Origin: Vulcanimicrobiota bacterium
Lineage (GTDB): Bacteria > Vulcanimicrobiota > Vulcanimicrobiia > Vulcanimicrobiales > Vulcanimicrobiaceae
NCBI GenBank assembly: GCA_963754415.1
Contig: CAVWGA010000001.1
Location: 290,494-354,493, forward strand
Length of the DNA stretch: 64,000 nt
Direction: 5' to 3'
The position numbers and the translations under genes are program-made. Below, piece after piece: positions 48,098 through 60,054 of this stretch (the stretch's first letter is position 1; each line of letters starts with the position of its first letter). Under the pieces are notes generated by a model that was not told where the DNA came from, ran no database searches, and saw only the letters and a list, made by a program, of their open reading frames with translations.

Positions 48098-50868
48098 ATG
48101 CAGCAGAATCCCGATAGCTTCGGAGCACGAACCGCGCTACACGTCGCAAATCGTTCGTACACGATATTTGCACTCGAGGCGCTAGAACGCGCGGGCTTCG
48201 GCGACGTAGCACGTCTTCCGTTCAGTTTGAAGATCCTGCTCGAGAATTTGCTGCGTCATGAAGACGGCCGCAGCGTGACCCGGGAACATATCGCCGCGCT
48301 TGCGCGTTGGTCGCCCGACGGTTCGGTCCGCAACGAAATCGCATACCGTCCGGCACGCGTGCTGCTGCAAGACTTCACCGGGGTTCCCTGCGTCGTTGAC
48401 CTCGCTGCGATGCGCGACGCGATGGCCGACATCGGCGGCGATCCCAAACGGATCAATCCGCTTCAGCCCGTTGAACTCGTGATCGACCATTCCGTGCAAG
48501 TCGACCGCTTCGGTACGGAGACGTCATTTGCCGAAAACGCGAGGCTGGAGTTCGAGCGCAACCGCGAGCGGTATGCGTTCCTCAAGTGGGGCCAGGTCGC
48601 GCTCGACAACTTTCGCGCCGTGCCGCCGGACACCGGGATCGTGCACCAAGTCAACATCGAATTTCTGTCGCGGGTCGTTTTCGGCGCTGGTGGCGCGGGC
48701 GTGATCGCCGACGCCGCCACCGACGCCGCGTACCCCGATACGGTCGTCGGCACCGACTCGCATACGACGATGGCCAACGGCCTCGGCGTGCTGGCCTGGG
48801 GCGTCGGAGGAATCGAAGCAGAAGCCGCGATGCTCGGTCAACCCGTCACGATGTTAGTCCCCGATGTCCTCGGCGTCCGCATCGAAGGCAAGCTGGGCGA
48901 AGGCGTGACGTCGACGGATCTCGTGTTGACGATCACCGAACTGCTGCGCAAGAAGGGCGTTGTCGGCAAGTTCGTCGAGTTCTTCGGAACGGGTCTTTCG
49001 AATCTCGGCGTCGCGGACCGCGTGACGATCGGCAACATGTCGCCGGAGTACGGTTCGACCGTCGCGATCTTCCCGATCGATCGCCAAACGCTGAGCTATC
49101 TCGAACTGACCGGACGCAGACCCGAACACATCGCCCTCGTCGAGGCGTACGCTCGCGCCCAGGGGCTGTTCCGCAGCGACGATTCTCCCGACCCGCGTTT
49201 TAGCGACGTGATCGAACTCGATCTTGCGACCGTCGTGCCGAACTGGCCGGTCCGCGCCGGCCGCAGGATCGGGTCGCGCTCGCGGACGTCAAGCGCAGCT
49301 TCGGCGCGCTGCTCGATCAGTGGCATCACACCCGCACGCGCGAGGGCCATCAGGAATCTGCCGGCGACGAAGCCGTCGCCGCGCTCGAAGGTGAAGGCGG
49401 CGGTGGGACCGCCGTGGCAGCGCGGCCGGAAACCGAACTTTCCGACGGGGCAATCGTGATCGCTGCGATCACGTCGTGTACGAATACGTCCAATCCAGCG
49501 GTGATGATCGGCGCCGGTCTCGTTGCCAAGAAAGCGTTCGAGCGCGGCTTGACCAGTAAACCGTGGGTGAAGACGAGTCTTGCGCCCGGTTCGAAAGTGG
49601 TGACCGACTATCTGACCAAAGCCGGCCTCCAACCCTATCTGGATGCGCTCGGATTCAATCTGGTCGGCTATGGCTGCACGACGTGCATCGGCAATAGCGG
49701 GCCGCTTCCCGAAGATGTGGCGCAAGCCGTCGCCGAACACGACATGATCGTTGCCGCCGTCTTGTCGGGCAATCGCAACTTCGAAGGCCGCATCCATCCC
49801 CAAGTCCGCGCCAACTACTTGGCTTCACCGCCGCTCGTCGTCGCGTACGCACTTGCCGGCCGCATGGATATCGATCTGACGACGGAACCACTGGGCATAG
49901 ACCGCGCCGGCGAACCCGTGATGCTGGCCGATCTGTGGCCGACGAGTGCCGACATCGACGAGACGGTCGCGAATTGCGTGAGCGACGCCGCGTTTCGCGC
50001 TCGGTACGCCGACGTGTTCGGCGGCGATGAAAACTGGCGTTCACTCGAAGTAGCGAGCAGCGAACGTTACGCCTGGGATCCCGCAAGCGAGTACGTTAAG
50101 AAGCCGCCGTATTTCGACGGGATGCCCGCCGAGCCGCAGCCGCCTCGCGATATTCTGGGAGCGCGCGCGCTTGCAGTCCTCGGCGACAGCGTCACGACCG
50201 ATCACATCTCGCCCGCCGGTACGATTGCGAAAAACAGTCCGGCGGCGACGTATCTGCTCGAGCATGGCGTCGACCCCGCCGACTTCAATTCCTACGGCGC
50301 CCGCCGCGGCAATCACGAAGTGATGATGCGCGGCACGTTCGCGAACGTCCGCCTGCGCAACGCACTCGTCGGAGGAGTCGAAGGCGGCGTGACGCGCTAT
50401 CTCCCCGACGGAACCTTGATGTCGATCTTCGGTGCCGCAATGCATTACAAGCGCGACGAGACGCCCGTCATCATCCTCGGCGGCAAAGAGTACGGGTCCG
50501 GTTCATCGCGCGACTGGGCCGCTAAAGGGCCGATGCTTTTGGGCGTGCGCGCCGTTCTCGCCGAATCGTTCGAACGCATTCACCGCAGCAATCTGATCGG
50601 CATGGGCATCTTACCGCTAGAGTATATGCCCGGGTCCGATCGCGAATCGCTCGGCCTCACGGGCGAAGAGCTGTTCGACATCACGGGTCTGGGCGACCGC
50701 ATCCTGCCGGGTAGCCGCATGCACGTGAACGCGCGAGCTCCCAACGGTGGCGGCGCGACAACGTTCGACGTGGTCGCTCGCATCGACACCCCGGAGGAAG
50801 CCGACTATTTCCGCCACGGCGGCATCCTTCAGTACGTGCTGCGTCAACTGAGGAACCGCGACGTTTGA
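48098..50868 (+). pseudogene. acnA: Aconitate hydratase A, single frameshift near 49244
   Basis: [39 protein letters not shown]. After the break: AAITSCTNTSNP, GCTTCIGNSG, NRNFEGR, GSSRDWAAKG. The observed ccgaactggccgg would read through as PNLAGP if one t were added. Confidence 0.9.
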
Positions 50869-50896
50869 ACGCGCGCTCCGTGGTGATACCATTGGT

Positions 50897-51121
50897 ATGT
50901 TCGATCGATCCCGCCTGGCGCAAACGTTCCTTGCTAAGCTGCCTGAAGCACTGCGCGGCGTTGACTTTCCGGCACGGCGCGACGATCTCGTTGAGATGGC
51001 TCAGATCAACGGCGCCGAGCCGGTGTTGATCGACGGCATGAAAGATCTTCCCGACCAAGAGTACGATAACATCGCTGCGGTGCTGGCCGAGATCGAAGCG
51101 AACCGGCCTCCAGAATCGTAA
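50897..51121 (+). CDS. DUF2795 domain protein
   Basis: 74 aa. LRGVDFPARRDDLVEMAQINGAEPVLIDGMKDLPDQEYDNIAAV fits the DUF2795 pattern. Confidence 0.65.
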   Translation: MFDRSRLAQTFLAKLPEALRGVDFPARRDDLVEMAQINGAEPVLIDGMKDLPDQEYDNIAAVLAEIEANRPPES

Positions 51122-51126
51122 ACGCC

Positions 51127-52329
51127 CTATTGCAGCGCGATCAACATGTTGGCGGCCGGAACGAAGACGAGCCCGTATCCGGCGCCTAGACCGACGAGCG
51201 GCGTAGCGAAGTACTCGCCGCACGAGACGGGTTGCGGCAACGTCACGTGATAGAGCGTTTTACCGTCAGCCGCATGGAAGCCGTACAGATCGCCGGTGTT
51301 GGTGGCGGCTACGACGATATCGTTGACGACGATCGGGGCGCACGAGAAGGTCTGCCCCGAACGCGGAACGGCCGTCCAGCGGGTCTTTCCGCTAGCGATG
51401 TCGACCGCGTTCAACGTCGCGGGCTCCGTCAGAAACGCCGTTCCGTCCAAAAACGCCGGCGCATATTGGCTGTTAAACCCGCCCACCAAGGCCCCAGTTC
51501 GAGCGCTTAGCGCGATGCCGTCGGTACTGTAGCCGTAAACGTCGCGCACGTACACGACCCCGCGGTACACCGCAGCACTCTCTCCGCCTCCACCTTCGCA
51601 TGGGCCGGCGTAGTGCCAGACCGGTACGCCGCTGGACGCGTTGAAGCGATACGTTTGCGGGCAGACGTACGAAACGTATGCGCTGTCCGACGTGACCGCC
51701 GGTGCGGACGAATCGCCGTTCTCGACCGAGCCCGTCCAAACCAGCGAACCGTCCGTCTCGCGTACCGCGTACACCGTTCCCCCGGATCCTGCACCGCTGG
51801 TATACACGAGTCCGTCACGTGCCGTCGGTGCAGAACTGAACGAATATTGCCCCGGCAGCGGAGCGCTCCACAATTGATGACCGTCGCTGGCGGAGAAAGC
51901 GAACATCGCGCCGGCATCGGAGAACGAAGCGGATGTCGGAACGACGAAGACTCGGCCGTCCTCATAGGCAGCGCCGATCCACGGCCCGAAACCGCTCGGC
52001 GACGGTTGCTTCCATACGACATGGCCGGTCGAAGCGTCCAGCGCGTAGAGCATTGACGGTGAGCCGTTATCGACCACAAAGACTTTGCCGTCGGCGATGA
52101 CGGGATACGACACCGTTCCGCCTAGCGTTGCCGTCCAGCGGACCGAGACGGGTAAAGAGAAGTTTGAAAGACGCGCGTATCCGGCGTGGTCCGGCGTCAC
52201 CTGAAAACTGACCGAACCATTCGACGTCGCCGCTTGCGCTGGGGTGTAGCCCGCGATGCCGGCAAGCGCGACTGATGCCGCAGCCATCATCGCAGCGAGT
52301 GAAGATTGAAGGGTGCGGCATAACGTCAT
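51127..52329 (-). CDS. PQQ-like beta-propeller repeat protein (BamB-like fold), secreted
   Basis: Signal peptide. Repeated blades of the type YPVIADGKVFVVD...LYALDASTGHVVW, GLVYTSG...VYAVRETDGSLVW, TLNAVDIASGKTRW, DLYGFHAADGKTL. Confidence 0.75.
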   Translation of the reverse strand: MTLCRTLQSSLAAMMAAASVALAGIAGYTPAQAATSNGSVSFQVTPDHAGYARLSNFSLPVSVRWTATLGGTVSYPVIADGKVFVVDNGSPSMLYALDASTGHVVWKQPSPSGFGPWIGAAYEDGRVFVVPTSASFSDAGAMFAFSASDGHQLWSAPLPGQYSFSSAPTARDGLVYTSGAGSGGTVYAVRETDGSLVWTGSVENGDSSAPAVTSDSAYVSYVCPQTYRFNASSGVPVWHYAGPCEGGGGESAAVYRGVVYVRDVYGYSTDGIALSARTGALVGGFNSQYAPAFLDGTAFLTEPATLNAVDIASGKTRWTAVPRSGQTFSCAPIVVNDIVVAATNTGDLYGFHAADGKTLYHVTLPQPVSCGEYFATPLVGLGAGYGLVFVPAANMLIALQ

Positions 52330-52527
52330 CAGCGAAATCCTATTCCAAAATGGAACGAACGAATTCGCCGACCGGCGTTGCCGACCTCGCGATCGTGACC
52401 GCGATTGCGCCGCGCCGGCGCTCGGCGGTGGCGGGAGATGTCGCCTGCCGAAAATGAGCGCCCCCTAGATCGGGGAATGCGGAGCGAAACGAAGTCGATG
52501 CCGCTATGAGCGGCTGTTGGAGGTGCG

Positions 52528-53790
52528 TTGGTGCTAGCGGGTCATTCGGTCGCGGCGTTGCTATCGTTTGAAGGACCGGATCGGTATGCTTCCGTCGGCG
52601 GACTCGGAACGCGCGAGACGTCGTTCGCACGCGCGCTCGGTGAAGCCGGCATCGAAACCTCATTGTTCTTCATCGGCGACCCCGCACTGCCGCCCGTCGA
52701 AGTGATGTGGCCCCACGTGACGTTGCGTCGCTGGTGTCAATGGATCTCGGCCTATCATCCGCGCGACGTGTACGACGGTGAAGCCGACAAAGTGGCCGAC
52801 TATAGCGTTAGCGTGCCGCGGTTCATCGTCGAAACGGTCGCCCTTCCTGCCGCCGCCCGAGGCCAACGTACGGTCGTAATCGCCGAAGAGTGGCAGACGG
52901 TCCGAGCGGTCGTCGCGCTCGACGCGTTGCTGCGCGCCCGCGATATCCGCTCGACCGTGACGATCTTGTGGAACGCCAACAATACGTACGGCTTCGAGCG
53001 GATCGATTGGGCGGCGCTGCAGCGTTCGGCGACGATCCTGACCGTCAGCAAGTACATGAAGTTCGAACTTGCCGCCTACGGCGTTGCTGCGCTCGTCGTG
53101 CCCAACGGCATCCACGAAGCGTTGCTGGCCGGGCCGTCACCCGAACTCGTCGCACGCTTCCGCGGCGCCTTGCGGGGACGCCCGCAGCTCATCAAGGTTG
53201 GGCGCTTCGATCCCGACAAGAATTGGCTGCAGGCGATCGATGCCGTCGCCGAACTGCACAGCGCCGGGATTTCGGCGCAGCTGATCATGCGCGGCGGAAA
53301 AGAAGCGTACGGTAGCGTCGTATTGCAGCGGGCACGCAGCCGCGGCTTGCGCATTGCCGATGTCACCGTCGACGGAACCGATGCTGCCGAAGTCGTCGCG
53401 GCGCTCGGCTCGGCCGAGGCCGACGTGTTGAACGTCCACGCTTTTTTGCCCGACGCGACGCTGTTTGCACTGTATGCGGCCTGCGACGCCGTGCTGGCCA
53501 ATAGCGGCAAAGAACCGTTCGGTCTCGTCGGCCTCGAAGTGATGGCTGCCGGCGGCATCGCCGTCTGCGGTGCCACCGGCGAAGAATATGCCGAGCCGTT
53601 CGTCAATGCGATCGTCTGCGATACGAGCGATGGTCGCGAACTTGCTCAGTATCTAAGGGATGCCTACGGCGACGAAGAGCGCGCCGAGCGCATGCGCCGA
53701 GCCGGGCGCGCGACGGCAGCACGTTTTGTCTGGCCGAACGTCCTCGAAACGCTCAGCCACAAGATCGCGTACGCCTCCGGGCGCCGCTGA
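52528..53790 (+). CDS. GT-B glycosyltransferase, family 4-like
   Basis: N-terminal SVGGLGTR. C-terminal domain with the EX7E motif (EPFGLVGLE). GGAGG lies upstream of GTG 52528. Confidence 0.8.
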   Translation: MVLAGHSVAALLSFEGPDRYASVGGLGTRETSFARALGEAGIETSLFFIGDPALPPVEVMWPHVTLRRWCQWISAYHPRDVYDGEADKVADYSVSVPRFIVETVALPAAARGQRTVVIAEEWQTVRAVVALDALLRARDIRSTVTILWNANNTYGFERIDWAALQRSATILTVSKYMKFELAAYGVAALVVPNGIHEALLAGPSPELVARFRGALRGRPQLIKVGRFDPDKNWLQAIDAVAELHSAGISAQLIMRGGKEAYGSVVLQRARSRGLRIADVTVDGTDAAEVVAALGSAEADVLNVHAFLPDATLFALYAACDAVLANSGKEPFGLVGLEVMAAGGIAVCGATGEEYAEPFVNAIVCDTSDGRELAQYLRDAYGDEERAERMRRAGRATAARFVWPNVLETLSHKIAYASGRR

Positions 53791-53818
53791 CGGCAGCGCC
53801 GTCCGGTAAGAGCGGCCC

Positions 53819-55738
53819 CTACCGCGGCGCCATGATCTTCGCGAGCATATCCGGCTTGCCGGGAATGCGGACGAGGTGCGGATATTTCGGGCCGCCGTGA
53901 TAGTTGACGGAATACGTCGCGTAATAGCCGTTCTGCTCGGCCAGGAGTTGAATCGGCGCGCTGCTGCGCTGCGCCGACGTTAGGGCATACTTGAGCACGT
54001 CGTCGGAAAACGACTGCCCGTCGATGGCGGCGACTTTCATGCCGGGAGCCATGTGGGCGTTCCACGCCGGCGAATATTCCCGTACGCCGCCTACCGTGCC
54101 GTCGGCGTTGAACGTCAGACCCAGCGAATACCAGGCATCGATGCCGTGCCCGAGCGTGTCGCGTGCAGTCATGAAATCGTTGGGTTTGGCATTGTAGACG
54201 ATACGCCAGCCCGAGCGCTGCAGCTCGCTCGTCGGGGGATGCACGCTGATCTCGTAGACGCGCTGCTGGAAGAAGCCGTGCCAATCGTAGTGCACGACGC
54301 CGTCGAGAAGACGTTCGATCTGCTCGCGGTTATAGGGAACGGTGATCGGGCCGGTGTCGGGCGGCCCGGCGTAGGCGTGCAGGAACGTGTCGAGCGACTT
54401 CGTGCCGCCGCTCATCTGGCGGATCATCGTGTCGACGTCGAGCCACAGCAGCTCGCCTTCGGTGTAGAAATCGCCGGCTGTACGGCGGATTTCCGAGTAT
54501 TCCCCGTGCTCCTCGTAGAGATACGGCGCGCCGGTCGTCGTGTCGATCAACGGTTCGGTCAGCCGGCCGGGCTCGTAATCCATGGAAGCGTACACCGTCG
54601 CCAGATATTCGGGATACTGTTTGGGTTGCCGGATGCCGGTGCGAAATGAGATCAGGTCGCCGAGGTATTGGTTCATGCCCTCGTACACCCACAGCAGCTC
54701 CGTGTGCTCGGGCAACTGAAAGTTCGGTTGGATCAGATCGAACGGCCGCCGGTATTTGCCGTTCCATGAATGCGAGAACTCGTGCGTGATCAGATCGCCG
54801 CCGGCCAGCTGCTCTTGAGGGTTCGTCATGAAATCGGCCGGCGCGCGATTGTCACTGGATTGATGGTGCTCGATGCCTTGGAAGCCGATCGCATTGGAAA
54901 GCGTGAGCAGGGCGTGGTAATTATACCAGTGTCGCGCGCCATACAACGCCAGCGCCTGCGGCGCCATGTGGTGATATTTTCCGATGATGTTTGCCGGAAA
55001 GTCGAGGTTCTGCGGCGCGTCGGCGAAGACGTCGAGCATCTGCACGGAATTGCCGTTGCGCCACAGCGCGACGTGTTTGTAATAGCGCCCGCAGTCCAGC
55101 GGCGAATCGACGAGCATGTTGAGCGGGACCTCACCAAAGTCGATGCGGTTCCCGCTCTGCCGGGGATTGGGCAGCGCGGTCCCGTAGCTCCAGTCCCCCG
55201 GCAAGATGATGCTCGGGCGGAAAAAAACGTCGTGCGAGTTCGTGTTCTGCTGATACAACAGGACACGATTCCAGTTGACGATGGCGACATTGCGCGTCGA
55301 CATGACGTCGCCTGCGCCGTTGAGCAGCACCGTATACGACGCGTCGAGCGTCGAAACGCCGGGCGGTACGTCGACGTGGAAGGCGTACATGTCCACTTGG
55401 TCGCGCATCCATGTCAGCGGACGGCCGCCTGCAGTGATCTTCAACTGCGAGATATTGCCGAGCGGGCCCGTCGGGCCGTGCTCGCCCGGAACCCACTGCG
55501 GATACACGAGCGTAAACGGTCCGGGAGAAACAGGAATCGTCATGTGGCTCTGCATGATGCCGCGGCCGGCGTCACGCGCGTCGAGCACGAGCGTCTCCGG
55601 ATTAGCCTGCGTCGCAAGCGACGTAGCGTCGGCGTTGGGCTCGGGTATCTGAGCCAGCGAGGGGGCCGCGCCGGCCAGTCCGCCGACGCCCAGGCAAAGA
55701 GACATGAACAGGATCGCACGTGTCATACGCAAGCTCAT
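53819..55738 (-). CDS. M61 glycyl aminopeptidase with C-terminal PDZ domain, secreted
   Basis: Signal MSLRMTRAILFMSLCLGVGGLAGAAPSLA. Zinc motif HEFSHSWNGKYRRP. C-terminal PDZ GMKVAAIDGQSF. Confidence 0.85.
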   Translation of the reverse strand: MSLRMTRAILFMSLCLGVGGLAGAAPSLAQIPEPNADATSLATQANPETLVLDARDAGRGIMQSHMTIPVSPGPFTLVYPQWVPGEHGPTGPLGNISQLKITAGGRPLTWMRDQVDMYAFHVDVPPGVSTLDASYTVLLNGAGDVMSTRNVAIVNWNRVLLYQQNTNSHDVFFRPSIILPGDWSYGTALPNPRQSGNRIDFGEVPLNMLVDSPLDCGRYYKHVALWRNGNSVQMLDVFADAPQNLDFPANIIGKYHHMAPQALALYGARHWYNYHALLTLSNAIGFQGIEHHQSSDNRAPADFMTNPQEQLAGGDLITHEFSHSWNGKYRRPFDLIQPNFQLPEHTELLWVYEGMNQYLGDLISFRTGIRQPKQYPEYLATVYASMDYEPGRLTEPLIDTTTGAPYLYEEHGEYSEIRRTAGDFYTEGELLWLDVDTMIRQMSGGTKSLDTFLHAYAGPPDTGPITVPYNREQIERLLDGVVHYDWHGFFQQRVYEISVHPPTSELQRSGWRIVYNAKPNDFMTARDTLGHGIDAWYSLGLTFNADGTVGGVREYSPAWNAHMAPGMKVAAIDGQSFSDDVLKYALTSAQRSSAPIQLLAEQNGYYATYSVNYHGGPKYPHLVRIPGKPDMLAKIMAPR

Positions 55739-55809
55739 GCAAGCGGAATAGCGAATGAAGCGGCGATCGACCTGCTTGCCGCAGTGACCGCCGGTATCGC
55801 CGCTTCCGC

Positions 55810-58311
55810 TCACGCTTCGACGAGAGCTTCGATATGTTTTTCGATATCGCCGATGAGCCGATCCGCTGCCTCTTTGGACCGGCCTTCGGCGTAAAGGTTG
55901 ACGGCGGGATCGGAGGCGTCGGGCAAGACCAGGAACCAGCCGCCATCGACGGCGATGCGCACGCCGTCGAACATCTCGACATCGGCACCAGGGTACCGGT
56001 CGACGACCGAGCGCATCACTTCGCCTTTACGTTCCCAGGGGCACGCGATCACGCGATGGCGGAAATGCCATGCGGGCAGCATATCGTCGAGCTCGTGCAA
56101 GCGCCGCCCTTCTCCCGCGAGCAGCTCGAGGATCTTGACGATCGCATACAGCGCGTCGAACGCCGGCTGGAACTCGGGGAAGATCGGCTCTTGCTTGAAG
56201 CCGCTGCCGTAGGCGAGGCTGCTGCGTTCGCTCGCAGCCAGCGCCATCATCGAGCGGCGGTCGCTCTTGGTGCGCAGGACATGGCCGCCGGCCGATACGA
56301 CGAGTTCTTCGATCACGTGCGGCGTCGTAATCGGCATGGCGATGTTGGCGCCCGGGCGCGCCCGGCACACCATCAGCGCGACGAGCGCCAGCAGGCGGTT
56401 ACCGGCAATGACGCGGCCTCGGTCATCGACGAGCGCGCACGACTCGCCGTCGTGGTCGACGAGCACGCCGAGGTCCGCTTTGAGCGTCAAAGTGATCGTG
56501 CGCAGCTGCTCGATGTAGCGCTCGCGATCCGTCCGGAACGTGCGCGCTTTGGCCTCGTCGTAATACGCGTCGAGCGCGATGATGTCGACGCCGAAGCTGG
56601 CCAGCACGCGCGGCAGCACGAGGGAAGCATTGCCGTAGCCGTAATCGACGACGACCTTGAAGTTGGCGTCGCGCAGCGCCCGCGGCCGCAAGGCACTGAC
56701 CATTTCACTGCTGTACAACTCGAGGGTACGAGCCGGAAATGAGAGCGTTCCGACTTCGTCCATGCCCGTGCGCCGGAAATCTTCTCGGAAAAACAGATTC
56801 TCAATCTTGCGCTCGCTGGGCTTGTCGACGTTGATGCCGCTGGCGTCCATCAGTTCGATCAGCACGGCGTTGGGATCGCGCGGATCGACCCTGGTGTGGA
56901 CGCCGCCGCTTCCACCCATGCGCGTCGCATAACGCGCCAGCGGCAACGGCAGAGCGCGCAGATCTTCGACGTTGACGCCGACGGAGAGCAGCCCGGAGAT
57001 CACGCAGCGATTGAGGACGCGCGCCGCCGGATGAGCATCGCGGCTGGTCATGACGGTCTCGCCGGGCCGGAGCGACGAGCCGAGCGCTTGGCCCAATCTG
57101 AGCGCGAACTCGGGGGTCAGTTCGACGTTGGCCAGACCGCTGACGCCGACGGCACCGAACAGCGAGCCGGGCCATTTGATTCCGTAGATCAGCGACATCG
57201 AGACGATCGCGCCCGATGCGACGGACTTATCCGGCCACAGTCGCAGGTTCGGCCGAACGACGGCTCCGGCGCCGAGCGTGCAGCCGCTTCCGATCACGCA
57301 GCCGTCGCCGACTTTGACATGATCCTTGAGGATGTTGTGGTCGGCGATCGTGCAGTTCGTGGTCGTCGTCGATTCGCCCACGTAGGCGTCGTTCCAGACG
57401 ATAGAGCGCTCGACACGCGCGTTGCGAGCGACGATCGTGTTGTTGCCGACGACCGTATCGGGACCGACGAGCGCGCCCGCCTCGAGCGTCACGTTGCGCC
57501 CGAGGACCACCGGCGCGAGCAACCGCGCTTCGGGATCGATCCGGCAACCTTCACCGAGCCATACGCCGGCTTCGCTCTGCGTGCCGCGGATTTCTAGTTG
57601 CACTTTCCCGCCGAGTGCGTCGTAGTTGGCCTGCTGGTATTGCTGCAGGTTGCCGATGTCGGTCCAGTACTCGTCGGCGATGTACCCCGAAATCAGCTGG
57701 TTCTCGTGCAGCATGCGCGGAAAGATGTCGCGCGAGAAATCGTACGAGCGCCCATGTTGCATATAGTTCAGGACCGAAGGTTCGAGCACGTAGATGCCGG
57801 TGTTGATCGTATCGGAAAAGATTTCGCCCCACGACGGCTTCTCCAGAAAACGCGTGATCCGCCGGTTTTCGTCGGTAACGACGACGCCGAATTCGAGCGG
57901 ATTGGTGACGCGCTGCAACGTGATCGTGGCAGCCGCTCCGCTGCGCCGGTGGTCTTTCACCAGCGCGCCGAGATCGAGATCGGTCAACGCATCGCCGGAG
58001 ATCACCAAAAACGGCTCGTCGCCGAGCCGGTCCGCCGCTAACTTGACGGCGCCGGCCGTACCCAGCGGCGTGTCCTCGACGACGTACGACAATGCGACGC
58101 CGAACGCCGAACCGTCCCCGAAATAACTTTCGACCTCGTCGGCGAGGTAGTGCAACGTCGCGACGATGTCGCGGATGCCGTGGCGGCGCAGCAGATCGAC
58201 GATGTGCTCCATCACCGGCTTGTCGGCAACGGGCGCCAGAGGTTTGGGTGTGCGCGACGTGAGCGGACGCAGCCGCGAGCCTTCGCCTCCGGCCATCACG
58301 ACGGCTTTCAT
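55810..58311 (-). CDS. Fusion of sugar-1-phosphate nucleotidyltransferase, left-handed beta-helix and phosphoglucomutase/phosphomannomutase-like domain
   Basis: [18 protein letters not shown]...PKPL (NTP-transferase G-loop), hexapeptide repeats around residues 300-420 of the ORF, then a PGM/PMM-like four-domain region with VDHDGES. The ATG 58309-58311 overlaps the malQ stop (ATGA). Confidence 0.85.
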   Translation of the reverse strand: MKAVVMAGGEGSRLRPLTSRTPKPLAPVADKPVMEHIVDLLRRHGIRDIVATLHYLADEVESYFGDGSAFGVALSYVVEDTPLGTAGAVKLAADRLGDEPFLVISGDALTDLDLGALVKDHRRSGAAATITLQRVTNPLEFGVVVTDENRRITRFLEKPSWGEIFSDTINTGIYVLEPSVLNYMQHGRSYDFSRDIFPRMLHENQLISGYIADEYWTDIGNLQQYQQANYDALGGKVQLEIRGTQSEAGVWLGEGCRIDPEARLLAPVVLGRNVTLEAGALVGPDTVVGNNTIVARNARVERSIVWNDAYVGESTTTTNCTIADHNILKDHVKVGDGCVIGSGCTLGAGAVVRPNLRLWPDKSVASGAIVSMSLIYGIKWPGSLFGAVGVSGLANVELTPEFALRLGQALGSSLRPGETVMTSRDAHPAARVLNRCVISGLLSVGVNVEDLRALPLPLARYATRMGGSGGVHTRVDPRDPNAVLIELMDASGINVDKPSERKIENLFFREDFRRTGMDEVGTLSFPARTLELYSSEMVSALRPRALRDANFKVVVDYGYGNASLVLPRVLASFGVDIIALDAYYDEAKARTFRTDRERYIEQLRTITLTLKADLGVLVDHDGESCALVDDRGRVIAGNRLLALVALMVCRARPGANIAMPITTPHVIEELVVSAGGHVLRTKSDRRSMMALAASERSSLAYGSGFKQEPIFPEFQPAFDALYAIVKILELLAGEGRRLHELDDMLPAWHFRHRVIACPWERKGEVMRSVVDRYPGADVEMFDGVRIAVDGGWFLVLPDASDPAVNLYAEGRSKEAADRLIGDIEKHIEALVEA

Positions 58312-60044
58312 GCCGGCCCCCTTTCGTGCACGCGGTATCGAACGTCGCGGGCGAGCGCTGCCAAGTTGGCATCGGTGGTCATTGCAGCGAGGTCCGGCGC
58401 GTTCTTGCGCCGCCAATTCGGGTATTCGCCGTACGTTCCCGGCACGTTGATCTGATCGCATTCGCCGAGCGCGTCGTCGAGTTGGACGAGGACTAGCCGC
58501 GCACGGCTTCGCGCCAAGTAGCGATACGCTCCGTGGACGAGCGGTCGATAGGCGGCTGCTTCGGGCGCGCGCGCGTGCAGCGAACGGTACAGCTGCTCGG
58601 CTTCCTGTGTGGGCAGGTCACCGGCAACCTGGAGAGCGTCGATCAGCAGCGAGACGTCGCTGCGGCGGCGTATGCAGGCTTGTTCAGCAGCTTGCGAGGC
58701 CATAAAGCCGAGGCGCTGCCGGGTCGCAATGTCGCTGCCCAACGTCCAGCCCGTCAAGGTCGGAAGGTCGTGCGTCGTCGCGGTCGCCAGCGCCAGGGAC
58801 GGGTATGCGGCCGGCGGGATGAAGCGGCCGTCGGCTTCGCGTTCGAAGAGCAATAGCCGATACGAGAAGATCCTCTCGCGCGACAGGCGTTCGCGAAAAC
58901 CGTCGGGCACGGTCCCCAGGTCTTCCCCGACGACGAGACAACGGGCGCGCCGGCTTTCCTGCGCGACGACGGCGAGGAGCTGTTCGAAGGGATACGCCAC
59001 GTACGCACCGTCGGAGGGTTGCTTGCCTCGCGGAATGCGGAAAAGACGCATCAACGCCATCGCATGGTCGAGCCGCAAGGCGGCCGCGTACGCCATATTC
59101 GCTTGCAATAACGCCGCGAATTCGGCGCCGCCATCGCGCAAGATCGTCGATTCGTCGAGCGGCGGAAGACCCCAATTCTGACCCTGTGGTCCCAGGGCAT
59201 CCGGCGGTGCGCCGATCGTCTCTTCGAGGACGTACGCGCTGCGCTGGCTCCACACGTCGGCGCCGCCGGCATCGGCGCCGACTGCGAGGTCGAAATACAA
59301 CCCCAAGGATAAGGCCGCTGCTTCCTGCGCGGCTGCGGCCAGTTGCTCGTGGGCACTCCATTGGACGTATTTGAAGAAATCGATGCGCCGCCGCGTGCGC
59401 GCGGCGAACTCGCGCACGACTGCGCTTTGCGGGTCGTGAAACGCCGCCGGCCAGGCCGGCCAATTCGTTGCGCCGGTGCCGGCGCGGGCGAAATGCTCGG
59501 CTAATGTCTGGTAGAGTGCGAAGCGCTCGAGGCGCTCGCCGCCCTCCTCTACGAACTGCGCAAAAGCGTCGCGGCGGCTCGAGCGGATCGTGCGAAAGAT
59601 CTCGTAACACGCATCGAACCCGGACCATTTCGCGCGCGCTACGCGGGCATACGCAATCTCCGGCGCAGCGCGCAAGGCCCCCAGCGTTTCGGCGAAGGGC
59701 GACGATCCGACTCGGGCGCGCAAGGCTGCGGCTGCAGGGAATGTCGGCTCGGAACTCCGGCAGCGCGGTTACGTCGATGTAGAGCGGGTTGAGGAAATAC
59801 CGGCTGGAGGGAGCGTACGGACTGGCAGTTTCCGGCCCCGAACATGGACAACGCGTGCAGCGGATTGAGACCGACGACGTCGGCACCGGCGCCGGCGGCA
59901 AAGCGCACGAACGTGCACAAGTCGCTAAAATCACCGATGCCCCAATTCGTGCGCGAGCGCAAGCGCGTACAGGTTGAGTGCGAAACCCCAGGCGCGTCCC
60001 GTTGCGAGGACGTCCGGTACATACGCACCCGAGGCCACGCTCAT
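58308..60044 (-). pseudogene. malQ: 4-alpha-glucanotransferase (amylomaltase, GH77), three frameshifts confined to the first ~310 nt
   Basis: ATG 60042-60044 opens [28 protein letters not shown]. After ~59963: [14 protein letters not shown]...GLNPLHAL. After ~59837: [22 protein letters not shown]. After ~59740: the intact 471-aa ORF with QNWGLPP, RLDHAM, VGEDLGTVP, THD, NVPGT. Confidence 0.85.
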
Positions 60045-60054
60045 CCCGCTCTGC

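Noticed and set aside
54770-55894. 374-aa ORF on the plus strand
   Set aside because: Antisense to the M61 peptidase, which has a clear HEFSHSWN zinc motif. The composition is shadow-like.
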